Shown: positions 38,141 through 51,077, numbered from the whole stretch's first letter. The stretch is 58,022 nt of DNA, filler included, from Circinaria calcarea (GCA_051942165.1; 6 parts of 6 records of this genome joined end to end with filler, not necessarily neighbours in it), one strand, 5' to 3'. Translations and numbers: made by a program. The notes: generated by a model from the sequence alone, not told the origin.

Positions 38141-38314
38141 CTTCTTGACCACACCCTGCAAGCCACTGTAACTTGTCTCAGTCAGAAAATGCAGGCTTTG
38201 CAGCTTTGTGTCAGGCTACTCGAGACTCTTCTCGACCACACCCTGCAAGCCACTGTAACTTGTCTCAGTCAGAAAATGCAGGCTTTGCAGCTTTGCGTCA
38301 GGCTACTGGAGACA
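38141..38314. repeat. 87-bp direct tandem duplication (38141-38227 and 38228-38314)
   Basis: Near-identical copies with about 4 mismatches. Confidence 0.93.
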
Positions 38315-38429
38315 GTCGCCGCTAAGCTATTATACATGAAGCATACCAGCTTCCACCACCGTATAGTCAAGAGAGTGGAATCTACGAAACAGGATCGGGG
38401 CAAGTTTCGGGAGGTTATACACGAAAATC

Positions 38430-38686
38430 GGAGACGTTTTTTTATTCTCGAATTAATATTTCGGCTTATTCTTATATCACCAGACTAAAGTTTATATAAT
38501 TCGAGACCCGAAATTGCGCCCATTTTAAAAATATTTTAAATATATTAAAAATTAAATAAAATAACGTAATAAAAAATAATACCGAAATTAGAGCCGCCGA
38601 AAAATTAAGGGAAATATAAAATATTTTTAATAATTAAAAATTAAAAGAAAAATATAATTTAATATTATAAATAAATATCACTACAC
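38430..38686. mobile_element. Extremely AT-rich, RIP-like repeat relic at the contig end
   Basis: Abrupt drop in GC with abundant TA/AA dinucleotides and no coding capacity. Confidence 0.55.
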
Positions 38687-38786
38687 NNNNNNNNNNNNNN
38701 NNNNNNNNNNNNNNNNNNNNNNNNNNNNNNTTAATTAATTAANNNNNNNNNNNNNNNNNNNNNNNNNNNNNNNNNNNNNNNNNNNN
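38687..38786. other. Artificial contig linker
   Basis: N44-TTAATTAATTAA-N44. Confidence 0.99.
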
Positions 38787-38959
38787 ACCCTACCCTACCC
38801 TACCCTACCCTCTAACCAATTCACTCGGGGGTCCCCAGTTTTTCTTCTACTCCAATCCAACCTCGTATGTAACTCTCAGGAATACCGGCAGGCAGGGTGG
38901 TGAAGAAAGACCTATTCTTATACAATAGATTAGGTAGGTAAGTAGGTAGATACGCTTCT

Positions 38960-39058
38960 CTCCACCAAGCTCCTCCACCAAGCTCCTCCACCAAGCTCCT
39001 CCACCAAGCTCCTCCACCAAGCTCCTCCACCAAGCTCCTCCACCAAGCTCCTCCACCA
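38960..39058. repeat. Minisatellite (CTCCACCAAGCTC) x ~7.6
   Basis: Perfect 13-bp unit. An (ACCCT)5 run lies nearby at 38787-38811. Confidence 0.95.
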
Positions 39059-39965
39059 GCTACGTCTCGAATTCAACCACGATAAACACATCTCATAGGG
39101 AAAATGGTCAAGGAAGCGTTATTATTGCATATAGAGTTTCTTTCTTTCGGGCTTTTTCCTAGCTTGTCCGGTAGGCCCTTTCCTTTCCTTTGGTTTCCAT
39201 TTCATTCCATTAGGTACACTTTCCCTTTTTCCCAAAAAGTTTCTTCTCCGCTTACCGGCCGCGCGCTTAACTTTATTTATCCATTTGCTTGCCTCCCTTT
39301 CCTTTCCTTTCCCTTCCTCTTCCTTTCCTCTCTCTTCCTCTTCCTTTCCTCTCTCTCTCCCCCTCCAACTTTCAAAATACCACCCTTCAATCTAAGAAGA
39401 ACAACAAAGGGTCCAGAAACAACAAAGGGTCCCAGACTACGTACAAGAAAGGGCAAAAACGGGGCAACAAACAAATGACAAATAAAAAGAGACCTTCTAT
39501 CTTACAAAGGGTCGTGGAGGGATGGACCCTAACCGGCCCCCCGGTCGAAACCCTATTTCTTCGGCCAAGAACGTGCGATATCTGACGATGCCGGGCAAAT
39601 GCTCTATTGGTATAAAAAGTTTGATTTTTGCTGCATGGAATAACATCGGATGCACCAAATAGCTGGCCGGGGGGAGAAAGAACACCAGGCATAAAGAAAT
39701 GACAAATTGGACGGTGGCAGGGTCCAATGATGAATGGAGACGTGTAACCGAAGGCGGTCGACTTCTCCAGCGGAGTCCATAATATGGATGGACGGATGGA
39801 TAGCCCGCGCGGATATTATCTATCGCAGCAGAGTAGAGTCATGTAGGGGCAATTCCGATGCTGCAATGCCCGAATTAAAGCCCCCTAATCCTCCTTATAC
39901 ACGAAGAGTAATCCCCATTCCCTATAATCAACACGAAATGGAAGGTGGTATTTTTGAAAGGTTCA

Positions 39966-42762
39966 TCATGACCTTGCAAAAACCTTGACGACCCCGTCTC
40001 CGCCACCACTGACGACCCATCTCCCATCTTGACTCCACACAACCGCGCAGACGCCTTCCCCACGCATCAGCCGATGGCTCGTAATCTCCTGCGTACAGCT
40101 TCGCTTCTCGAGAGACCAGAAGCGAAGGCTAGCATCATGGCCTGCAGAGACGAGTTCACGGCCGTCTGGGGAGAGGGAGAGGGAGGAAATGGCAAAAGGA
40201 TGGGCAAGCATGCTATATGTGCATTGGCCTAAACGGATAGATTAGCGTGTGGGGTGGTATCATATTAGGAAGCTATGGTGGGGGGGATATCAGCTTACCG
40301 CTATTGGCATCGAAGAATCTGATGTAGCGGTCTTCGTGCCCAGTCAGTATCATGCCCTCTATCCCACTGCTCGAACCAGTCGCGCCGTGTATAACACTCT
40401 CGTCTTCCGAAACCCCTCGGTTGGCGTCAAAGGTAAGGGCACCGTCTAAACCAACGGTCGTTGCTACGATAGCATTTACACCGGAGCTTGCCGTGTTATC
40501 GTAGGTTTCTAAACTGGCCATACCTACAATTTCTTCTGCTGTACGTGTGTCATATATTAGGACTGAGGCGTCTGTATAGGAGACCACGAAGGTATCGCCT
40601 GACATGGATAGCGGGCTTATACAAGTAGGTGAAGGACGATCGACACGTTCTATCCGATGGACTAGGGAGTGGTGAAACGGTGTTCCCGTGGCTGTGCTTG
40701 GTTGTGGAGATGAAGGGAAATTCGAGCCGGATGAAACGGAATTTGCTCGTCGACTACCACCAGCGCCTCTTCGAGAACCTTGGTGTGGTGATGTTAACAT
40801 TGGCGGTGAGCTGACAGCCCATATCAGTATCGTGCCGTCTGCTGATCCGGATGCAAGAACTATCCGATCTGGTCCGCCATGTCGTGCACACTGGTCTCCC
40901 AGAACCGAAGCAGAAGAGCCAGGTAAAACACAAATCGACCAAACAGCATCAGTATGACCGTCTAGAGTAGCCTTCGGATCTACTCGGCCGCGCTCCCATA
41001 CTCGGACTGTAGCATCTTGCCCGGCAGAGAAGACCCAACCATCGCCAAGAGCTCTGCCACCGTTCGAAAAGTTTTGCGAGGCTGGGGATGCAGCCAGCGC
41101 CATCACAGCTCCAGTATGCCCTCTGTGAGTGAAGTAGCTTTGTATATCGAGATCATTGCCTTGAGATCCTCCATGAGGTCCTAGTCCACCGTAGCCAGCA
41201 GGAATTATCCACCGCTTAACGACTCCATCATCGCCCGTGGTACATATCTCCGGCTCAGACGGACTGCCCCCGCCCGTAAATATCACAGATCTTACGACAT
41301 CCAGATGCCCTCGCAGCGCGAAGCGAATCTTAAATGTCGAGGATTCACCTTTCATGTTACCCGAGCCGTGGGATAGCGAGAGATCACGTAGCTCATTCGA
41401 TCCATCACTCTGCCGTCTTTTGGATAGAGAACTCTTCCTTCGATGAGATCCCGGTCCCCCCCGAGGCGGCGACTTCAAAGGTATGTTGTTGGCATTGGGG
41501 AACGCGTCAGTCTCGGGTCGTTGAGGGGCAATATGGTCTTGTTGCGGAGTTTCGTCGTGGTTTGGTTCCGGAGGGTCATCAAAGTTCCATCCGTCCGTAT
41601 CTGCAGCTTCAGGCTCTTCAGATATTCGGGTTGTGTCATTCTCTTCATTTGCTGATATGGGTTGCCCGTAGGCATCGTAGCGATGTAAGACTTTTTCGAT
41701 GTTATCATCTGAAGTTTGAGGAAATTCGTAGCTGGATCGTAAGTGGTTGCGAGTATCAATTGATGTTACCGGTCCTGTATGGGAAAGCACTTGAGATTCG
41801 GGTTGACTTCGGGACATTAAAGATGCCTGTTCTGACGGTTGAGACGAACGTGAGAGGAGAGGGATGTCAGAGACTCGAGGAACCGGTGGAGGTTGATTAT
41901 TTGGTAATGAGGGTGGACCTAGTATTCCAATGTGATTAGGCTGTTGCTTATGCCGCTGTTGGACGTAAACTTCTTCCAATGATTGCTGAGACATCTGCTG
42001 ATTGGCGAATTGATGGTTTTGGATCATCTGCTCCTGCTCCTCCATCTGTTGCTGGGCGGCGGTTGTAGGTACGACATGATATGTGACCTCCTGTATGCAT
42101 TTTCCAAGGTAGACACGCGACTTATCTCGCTCCGTATCTTGCTTCATTTCCGAAGATACCACCTCCTCACTCTCCGTGTCTAGGAAGGAATTATGCGGTT
42201 TTAAAAGATGAGCTGAATGCCGAACGTTAGCGGGGATACAACTATCAAATCTGACCTTTGCTTACGTTTTGGTCCGGTTGTGATGTTATCCTTCGTCGCA
42301 CCGGAGTCATCCGCCTTCTTTTGTAAAAGTCCCCCGTTTTGCAATGTCTTCAGCTTCTCCCTTTCCTTCTTGAGGGCGTTTTCTAAAATCTTGACATGTT
42401 TCCCTAGCGATTCTTGCATCCGCTTGCTCGTCCTTCCATCCCCCTCAAGTTTCCCAACTCTAGACTTCATTTCTGCTCTTTCAATCTCCCAAGCGTTTCG
42501 ATCTCGTTCATGTCGATGCCACTCTGTTTGGAGGAAACGCATGACACCTGGTGAAAGTTGGATTTTAGTCCATGGGTCTGGGCGCATAGCCAGAGAACAG
42601 TTTCGAACAGTTCATAGAGCAATTAGCCTTAGGATGCTCACCTTGTAGAGTATACTCTGTGCCCTGCGACTGACTGCCATGGGCACTACCATCCCCGCTG
42701 CCGCCGCCGCCGCCAGGGCCACCTCCATTTCCCATCATGGAGGTAGAGTTCTGCCAGGCCAT
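39966..42762 (-). CDS. PRO11: Striatin (STRIPAK scaffold, PRO11/Far8 orthologue; exons 42762-42642, 42547-42266, 42212-40299, 40228-39966)
   Basis: [33 protein letters not shown] striatin signature, a coiled coil and C-terminal WD40 repeats ([26 protein letters not shown]). Confidence 0.95.
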
Positions 42763-43242
42763 TGACGGCGCTGGCCGCTTATAGATGCCGTATCAACAAC
42801 CCGTAGGAGCCGCCGGTTCAAGAAGGTTTTATACCAGATCTGAATTTGATTATATACGAAGGAGCTAGTTTCTGAAATGAGACCAGAAGTCAATCCACCA
42901 GGTGGAGACTGCTCGGGAGGTATGTAATTTCGAGACTGTCCTTCTGAAGCATTCGGAGACGGCGCAAATCACCGTTGCGGAGATTGACGGTGGAAAAGGC
43001 GCCTTGGGAGGGGGGAGAATTTAGATAAAGTCATTGATCCTCGCGCGCTTTCAGGTGATACCAACCTCTGAAGCTCTTAGTCCTGGCACGCTAAGCCCTT
43101 TCCAGTACCGAGGACTTTGGGGGACCCAAAAGTTTATGGCTTATAGAGTGTCATGTCACAAGAATAAATGATCTGGACAATACGCAAATTCACCTCGATT
43201 CAATAATTCCATAGGGGTATCATCGCGCAGTCAGATGCTAAG

Positions 43243-44435
43243 CTAGAACTCAAGTTCCTCAACCTCCATGCCGCATTCGATGCAGGACTTTACTCCGATC
43301 CCAGTTTCGTCATTCTCGACAGTTCTTCCCCAGACATGTTCATGCTTCCCTCCTCTCCCGATAACATCTCCAAACTCACCGCCACCACCTCCTGCCTGGC
43401 GGCTCCTTCGATATGCCTCCACCCGGGTCTTCTTTTTCAGTTCTTGCAGCTTCGACTTGAACTTGTCTTGCTTTCTTTTCTTCTTCTCCGTTTCCCTCTT
43501 CTCAAATGCTTCGTCTAGGGCTTCCGCTGAGCCCCACTTTTTTTGGAAAGCATACTCTTCCACTTGATATCGCAGGTAAAGCATCATGTTGTTCCATGTG
43601 GCCTTGTGCGGGTTAGGTCTTTCCAGATGCGGTAAGAGCTCTTCATCCTTCAACTCCGGATCTGTTAATAGATAGTCCTCTTTCGCCTCCGTTTTTGTGA
43701 GCAAACTATATTTCTCTGGAACCTTGTCCTTGCACGCGTTGCATACGGCACACCCAAAGATATCATCCCATTTCCAATCAATCTCCAGGCTTCCGCATTC
43801 TCTACAGACTTTATTCTCTTCTTTCCTCAGAACACTTAGCCCTGGCTCAAATGGCCCGGCCTTTTGCTCTCGAAGAGACCGTAACAGTTGATGCCTTTCC
43901 CATTCTTTCAATGTCATGTGAGCAGGTTTCTCATCCGCGTTAGGTGCGTGTAAAGCCTTATTGTGCGGATCATCTTCGACAGTCAAGAAGCCACCTTTGG
44001 TATCGGTCATCTTGCTAAAGTCATACTCGACAAACTTGGTAAAGTTTCTGGCAGGTTGTATTTCATCCAGGGGACGGAATGCACCATTCTTCGGGGAGTC
44101 CTTACTTCGCCCATCGCGCAGGTTCGCCGGAACGTTTGAAGTGGAGATTGCAGAGCGTGCTCGTTTCTGGCCGGCAGCCAAATTACTAGTAGTCTGCTTT
44201 AATGACGCCGGATCACTCTGTCTGCTGAGTTCTGCTTCTCGCTGATCGCGCAATGCTTTTGCCTTAAGTCGATTCACTTCCTGTAACAAGTTTAGTCATC
44301 CATAATCTTCTCCGTGCGCTGACGCTCTCTCACTATTCTCTTTACTTGTTCGGGAGTCAGGGGCGATCTAGGTAGGACTCCTGGCTGAGCAGGTGCCAGC
44401 TGTGGTGGCGGTGTGACTGGCCGCTCTGTAGCCAT
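43243..44435 (-). CDS. RAD14: Nucleotide-excision repair protein Rad14/XPA (exons 44435-44334, 44280-43243)
   Basis: EYDFSKMTDTKGGFL, C4 zinc finger CRECG...CNAC, LLTKTEAKEDYLLTD, NPHKATWNNMMLYL and KKWGS. Confidence 0.96.
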
Positions 44436-44862
44436 GGTTTTAAGAGTCACTACCTAGATTGTATGATGAAAGCATACACGTGGAATAAGACCCACTGTAC
44501 AATGGTCGCGTTGGGAGACTATTGCAGTGGTCGCATATGGAAGCCTAGAAATGACGTATGTAAGCGAGACAAGGCTGAACAGTCTTAGATACTCTCGTGC
44601 CGAATTTTCTTGATAGGACATGAGATTGATCGAAAGAGATAGTTTTTCAAGCACGGAGTACATGTACTCTTACCGCGTTCGCAGCAAAGAGAATCGAGAG
44701 TCATGAGAATAGTGTAGGGTCAAGATTTCAATTGCTTTTGAACGAACAGACGGTATAACCTCTATGATATTCCCATCAGCGTGGATATATAGCATCGTTG
44801 ATGATGCTTCACCGTAACGCTACAATGTACAATGGAAGAAGCTTCAACCGGTGCAGAGCCCT

Positions 44863-45576
44863 CTATTCATCCTTGACACCACCGTTCCTCGACTTCTCGG
44901 CTTGTTCGATGCTCTTCCTATCAGCCTTTGGTTCACCACCACCCATGCCCATTATTCCACCAGCAGCCTTCCATGGTCTTTTGAGATCGCCGATCGCCGG
45001 CTCTCCGAACAAATAGATCTTGATCAGGTTTCCTTCGAAGGCGCCCTTCAACGGAATAATCGACTGGATCAAGAGCGGGTTCGTGTATCTGAAGTAGAGA
45101 TGCATAACGCCCATCATCCCGACCCCCATCAGTTGCGATTTCCATAGTGCGCGCAGTTGCTGTAGGTCGTATGAATGAACGGTGGTGGTTATCAGTTTTG
45201 GCTCTTCCGCTGAACCCATCGGCGCTGGCTCCACGTATTTGAGAGTAGTCATGTCTGTTGATTTGACAGTCAGTAATGGAAATATCTCTTCCTTCAAGTT
45301 CAGGTGATGATACATACCTTTCTTTGCGTTGATCTTCATCTGTAGGTATAGGTAGATACCGGCAATGATAAGGTTAGATACGATGTACAGCGCGCGGACG
45401 CCCATGAGAACTTGAGGATCTTCAAAGGGTATTTTCTTGGAGACTTGCATCATCCCAAGGATGATGACCAAGTTGGTACTGAAGAAACATGCTAGTCAGC
45501 GCTGCTGCTCGGCTGGATACTCAGGAAGAAAGCCCGGCGCAATGTGAAAGGCTTACATCTGCGGACTTATAGCCAT
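44863..45576 (-). CDS. PHO88: Pho88/Snd3 ER membrane protein (exons 45576-45557, ~45477-45318, 45254-44863)
   Basis: MAISPQITNLVIILGMMQ, DMTTLKYVEP, MHLYFRYTNPLLIQSIIP and GDLKRPWK. Confidence 0.93.
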
Positions 45577-46181
45577 GGCGAGAGTGAAGAGAGGATATCA
45601 AGAATAGCACTCTACTGGAAGTGTATGAGATTCTTCGGTTGTAATGGTAATGAGACGTAGTAATTCCCAAAGGTCAAACGCTTATCAATTATTTGGGAAA
45701 AGAGTTGAGGACAGCAACGAACTTGGCAAGGCTGAAAGCTGTCTCTAAAAGCTCGGGCCACCCGGATTCAATCCCTTCCGTTTGCTTGCTCTATTGAAAA
45801 AGGGGGGAGATCTTCAAAGATGTATACTGGCCTAAAGACAACGATATATTGCCAGTACAATCTATCTCTGCACTGCAAGACTCACGCCTCCTATTAATCA
45901 AATTCACTCCATCAAAGTTTCCTGATCAAAGGCCCCGATACGGCACTGGGAAGATAAGTTTACATTCCACATGTTCTTAAAAATTGACGTCAAATATCTG
46001 TTCCTATATCCCCTGTATCCTTCTCAATAGTTATCATCTATCACACTTGCCACCTATCCCATGATTCTCTGTCTGATCACTCACCTTAGTGCCAAATTGC
46101 GGCTGAAGTCTCGTTTGCCCGAATACCCAGGCCTCTCTTTCAGAGCCCTCTATGTTTCGCCAAAACCCCTTTATCCCCGTG

Positions 46182-46346
46182 TCAACTACCGCTCCCGCAG
46201 AACGAGAAGCAGTGCTGGCAGAAATTCTGAATGACGCTGGTCACGTAGCTGGTGCGTTCGCACGTTTCCCAGTACACGCAAGGTTCAGTCCAGGAGCGCC
46301 CTTTGTGGCCGCAGAACTGGAAAAACTCTGTTACTTCCTGGCACAT
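46182..46346 (-). CDS. Putative 54-aa Cys-rich micro-protein, below the ORF-track cutoff
   Basis: MCQEVTEFFQFCGHKGRSWTEPCVYWETCERTSYVTSVIQNFCQHCFSFCGSGS*. Strong CACAATG start context and a TATA-like TATATAAG near 46512-46519. Confidence 0.65.
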   Translation of the reverse strand: MCQEVTEFFQFCGHKGRSWTEPCVYWETCERTSYVTSVIQNFCQHCFSFCGSGS

Positions 46347-47290
46347 TGTGGAGGTGGTTGAGGTTGATTGATGTGAGAAGGATTTAGATTCTGACAGCTG
46401 TAGTGGGAGGAGGCGTCAGGAGGTCAAGCTTACCGATTGTGAGTTGGGAGAAATTGTGGGTGTGATAACGCAAGTGTGATGGGCCAGAAAACCCCCAGGT
46501 ACATAGATCGAACTTATATACGGAAAATGTTACTGCATCCATCAAGCACCTGAGCTTTGTTTTCGTGTGTCACTTCTGCCTTCACCTTTTCTCATTCTAG
46601 AATTCGATACTGCTAAACCATTCCAAACAATGTCATTGTCAAATCAGGGATACGAATGACATCCTCAAACAAAACCCCATTGTTGACTCACGCAAGACAT
46701 CCTCAAATAATCTTCATTGTCATTTAAGGCGTACTACGTTTATACTGACAAAGAAAACCCATTCTTGTATCTGAACGTGCTGTTAATTATGGGTGAGGGA
46801 GAGCCTTGGGTAATCATGACTGGTAAGACATTGGCAGTATGAGTGGTTGGAGAACGGTATTATGATATACCGGATTCTCCGCATCAAAATTACCAGGTGA
46901 AAGTCAAGAAATCCAATAGAACTGCTACCGCTTTTTACTTTCCACCTTCGACCGACTCAACTGATATAATCAACCCGCGACTTAGACAATACACGCCAAC
47001 CCCCAGTATTGGTGCGTACCTGAGCATTCCAATTGACTCGCCCCCTGAAAGCTCTTGCCTCGTCACTGCAACAATGGTATCACTGGAGGAGGTGGTAGTG
47101 CTATTTAACCCGCCTACCCCCTGAGAAACAGAGCTAATCCAGAAACAAGATCGGAAGATGCTTTGAAACTTTCAGGTCCGGAATCTGTATACACTATTAT
47201 ACAAAGGAGCGCGTTTCTAGGCTTAGGACATATGTTGGAGGCAAAATAGCGATATCGTGTCCCGAGACTACCTAAGAATGCGCCCCTGTG

Positions 47291-47320
47291 TGCTGTTGCT
47301 GTTGCTGTTGCTATTGCTGT
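47291..47320. repeat. (TGCTGT)n microsatellite
   Basis: About five imperfect hexamer units. Confidence 0.8.
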
Positions 47321-48357
47321 AATACCCTCCAACCCTCTACCACCGTCTCCAAACGTTCCGTCCTCAGCTCTAAACACCCACATCCCCCTATTTCTCCATC
47401 CACCCATCTCCCAATTCCCAAAAACCTCCACTCCGTCAAACCAACTCCACTCCCCCACACCCATCCACCCTTTACTCACTTCCACCCAACCCAATCAAAC
47501 CCCCCTTCCAAACTTCCCTCGGTATGGGCGGAGAAAACTTTTGGAAAATGGAAAAAGGTTTATGAACTCCGGCCCGCCCACCCACCAATGAACTGTGATT
47601 GAGCACGTACAACCAATCCGGTTTGACGGACGGTAAGATCGCCTCACTTGATATCCACCGCCTCCGCTCACTTCTTCACCGTTCATCCGTGCCATTTCCA
47701 TGGGTAACGACATCATGTGAGGAGAAAAGACGTCTGGCTCCACAGTCAGAGACTAAGACACAGCCCGTAGTGAAAGCGAAAATCTCAAAAGGCATTGATT
47801 TGCTGTGCCGGATTCCTGGCTGCAGCAGTACCTACTCTGCGGACTCGCGGGGTATACACTGGGCAGAATTTGCAGTTCTCCAATGATTAATTACCCTATT
47901 TGATACCAGGCCCTTTGCTACTTGATTAGAGGTACCTTATATAAGATTGTACCTTGAGATTTTCCTTCGAGTATTTCCGTCCTTTTCGACTAACACTCGA
48001 CCGCTTTTGGGCCGTGCCAATGTGCGTTTCACACACCTATCCCCGGGGCCGGCTTCTTTCCTCTCGACAAAAGTTCTCATGCCTGCCTTTGAGATCGGAA
48101 ATCTCGTCTTGGGTGCTGTCCCACCAGTTGGTAGGAATTTTCACCCCCCTACTCATGAGTCGTGTTGGGATGACAAGGATGTTGTCTTTTCAACGCCTCA
48201 GCATCATTATCATTATGGTGCCCATGATCAACATATGGCCCGAAACTTTCAATGAGTAAGGCTTTTAAACGTTGCTCTTTCTCTTCCGAAAACATGGCGA
48301 AAAGAGACAAGTTGAGTGGAAACAGTCCTTCAGTCAACGGAATGACTTCTTGTCTGT

Positions 48358-48457
48358 NNNNNNNNNNNNNNNNNNNNNNNNNNNNNNNNNNNNNNNNNNN
48401 NTTAATTAATTAANNNNNNNNNNNNNNNNNNNNNNNNNNNNNNNNNNNNNNNNNNNN
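48358..48457. other. Artificial contig linker
   Basis: N44-TTAATTAATTAA-N44. Confidence 0.99.
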
Positions 48458-48616
48458 GGTGGGGGAAGTCGGAGTGGAAACCTGAGTTTACGTGGGGAGG
48501 GAGGTTGGGGTTGGTGTCCGCATCCCCACCTTTTACCCGCTTCCTCCATTATCCCCACCATACTGCATCTTTGGAAAACAAAATCCGAAACGGCTTTGCC
48601 ACTTTATGCTAAATAC

Positions 48617-50235
48617 TCACAATTCAAAGTCTACTGTTACGTCTCTGCTCGTCATCCATGGGAAACCTGCACGTTTAGGCACCGTCCACTCCTCTACCCG
48701 CGGGCCGTTTCCGGAGTCAAACATAACATACACGTTCCCGTCCCCTGTCGCTCTATCGCTCATAGCTGCCAGAGAGAGATAGGTCGTGTTCGCCTTTTGA
48801 AGAGGCTCGATCTCGGAGGTGTGATCCAAAAAGCCTGTTGAGCAATTCCATGTGCTCAAAACTAGAGAGCTGCGGTCCGGAACGGCGAAAAGAATGAGGT
48901 TGGTCAAGGGTGTATTGTGCGTGCACTCGGGCAATGTGTCGGTCGTATATAGAGGCTGGTTGTCTTGGGCAACGACGACGAGCGGGGATCGCGGCTCCAC
49001 AGTCAGGCCTGTTGCTAAATTACGGTGTTAGCGTACCGAACGTGTCCATAGGTTTGGAGACTGGGCTGGGTACTTACGAGACTGTGAGGTCAGGGAAATA
49101 ACGGACTTGGAATCAAGATCAGTGACACTAATGGTGTATTCACGCTGCTGCAATTGCTTGCCGTCATCAACTGTGTATAGCATAAGGTGCTTTCCGCTTC
49201 GATAGCTCACAAGGGACATGGCGAACGTCGACCCTTTAGGCTGTGAGAATCCGAAATTATTAGCAACCCACGGATTGCTTGTCGTGCTGTTGCTAGTATA
49301 GCGACCTTGGGTAATGCCGTTGGCGAAATTTTCTTCCTGGAATAAAACAACCAGTTCTTGTGATACGTTTTGAATGTTCTGATTCCAGTATGCAGTGAGG
49401 AAGGTAGACTTACTACCGGTGTAAAGTTGGCTGAAGTTGTCGTCTTCCCAGGCTTGGGAGTCATTAGAGGGAGCTTGACGCTCGGAGATTTTATTATCAG
49501 TTGATATATAGTACACGTTCTTGACCTATGGATTGTTTGTTAACTAACAGCGGAGAACAAGAGATCGGCAATCCGCACCAATGAGTAATTATAGCTGGCA
49601 TGGGGGTATCCAGCCGCTGCTGCGATAGGTGTGCCAGGCTTAACAGCATCGCTGATGGGGTTAACCTCCCATGCAGCAGTGAAAGCAGTGTTGTTATTCC
49701 AAGCAGATTCACGGATCTTGTCCTTGTTATCTTGGTAATAAAGTCTCTTGTGCAATGTGCCGTTGGGATTAGTCCATTGCATTGCTGCCAAGCCTGTATT
49801 CGCGTATTGTACTCGAGTGGTTGTTGGCGATTGAGGAAGTGTTGGTGATGGATTGTCTGTGGGAATAGTAGCACTCTGTACTCTGCTACGCGCAGCGATA
49901 GTTCCACCGATACCACCACCCACCGCACCCGCTATTATGAGGACGAGTACCACGAGCAACAGGATGAAGAACTTTTTGCGTCTCAGGCCAAGGATTTTGT
50001 GCTCCTCTGTAGGACATGATGATTCCGATGGATAACTAGATAAGTCGACAACGACTGCCTGTTTGCCCACATCGTTGTAGCTGATGATCTTTTCATCCTT
50101 GGGATCTTGATACACGATGGGAGCAGCCTTGCCATCATTCTCGAGCCAACGGTTGTGGTCTACCTCCAGGGTACTAAACTGGATGTCCTCTCGTGCCGGC
50201 ACCAGTGGTGTTGACAATGGCCTCGAACCTGCCAT
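48617..50235 (-). CDS. Type II membrane protein with a fungal fucose-specific-lectin-like beta-propeller (exons 50235-49579, 49525-49078, 49014-48617)
   Basis: KILGLRRKKFFILLLVVLVLIIAGAVGGGIGG signal anchor and a Thr/Pro stalk. Repeats GLAAMQW..RLYYQD..IRESAW..W and VKPGTPIAAA..VYYIS..ISE resemble AAL/FleA blades. Confidence 0.75.
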
Positions 50236-51077
50236 AAATCGAGATGAGATGTGATATTCTAGTAGCAGGAGCAGAAAAGCTTGAGGCTAACGAAAGTGTA
50301 GGGTAGGAGGTCGATGTAGGATTGCGATGGAATGGCAACGATATAATATGCCGGGTTTGAGACTGCTTGAACAGATTGAAGGGTGATTCGGAATACTACC
50401 ATAGTAAACACACTAACCACAACAGTGTCAATAGACTGGCACAGGTAGGCTGTGCCTTGTTGTAATCCTTCTGAACAGATAACGGGAGACGGAGAATAAA
50501 TATCAAAGTCTAGACCCTCACATAATAGAGTCGACTGAAGTCCGAAGCAGAGTACTCTATAGTAGAGATGAGAGATCTCAATAGCAACAGGCTGTGGACG
50601 CTGATAAGAAAAACACAAGTGCTGAAGGACCCCAGTTTCGGCAATTGCCATTTGGAAAAGGCGTAGCATGGTGGTAGTGTGTAGGCCACCTCAGCCGGCT
50701 GAATTCCTAAGCTGGCTTGCTTGATAGTTGTGGATAGATTGCTTTATAAATTACATATAACTGTGCCACACATTGGGCAATTCAAAAGGTACTAGCGCAG
50801 ACCCCCCCAAGCAAAGGAGTCCCACCCCCCACACTACCTGCACTCGGGAGATATTTTAATCTTTATCCTACGTCGTGATTCGCCCTTTTCAGCGCCACAC
50901 CAGGCCATGCCGGGTGATGCAGGGCGGCAGCTCAAACATCCCGTGGTTCTGGCTACTCAGAAGCGCCGGGGGCTTACCTTGTAGGTCAATCCAACATATT
51001 TCATGTTGCTTGAGATCACACCTTCGGAGAATCCGTCACAATGCACTGGGTAATGGGCGAAAACGAGGTGAAGCTAG

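Noticed and set aside
38679..38686. CACTA transposon terminus (CACTACAC)
   Set aside because: Only 8 bp before the contig end, with no partner end or subterminal repeats.
38787..38818. Telomere
   Set aside because: The unit is ACCCT, not CCCTAA, and only five copies are present.
38960..39058. CRISPR array or coding repeat
   Set aside because: Contiguous units with no spacers; a 13-bp period does not preserve frame.
45730..45785. tRNA suggested by GGATTCAATCCC
   Set aside because: Cannot be folded into a cloverleaf and there is no convincing A box.
46843..48357. Short ORFs at the end of contig 5
   Set aside because: Low-complexity or featureless, and no coherent gene model could be built.
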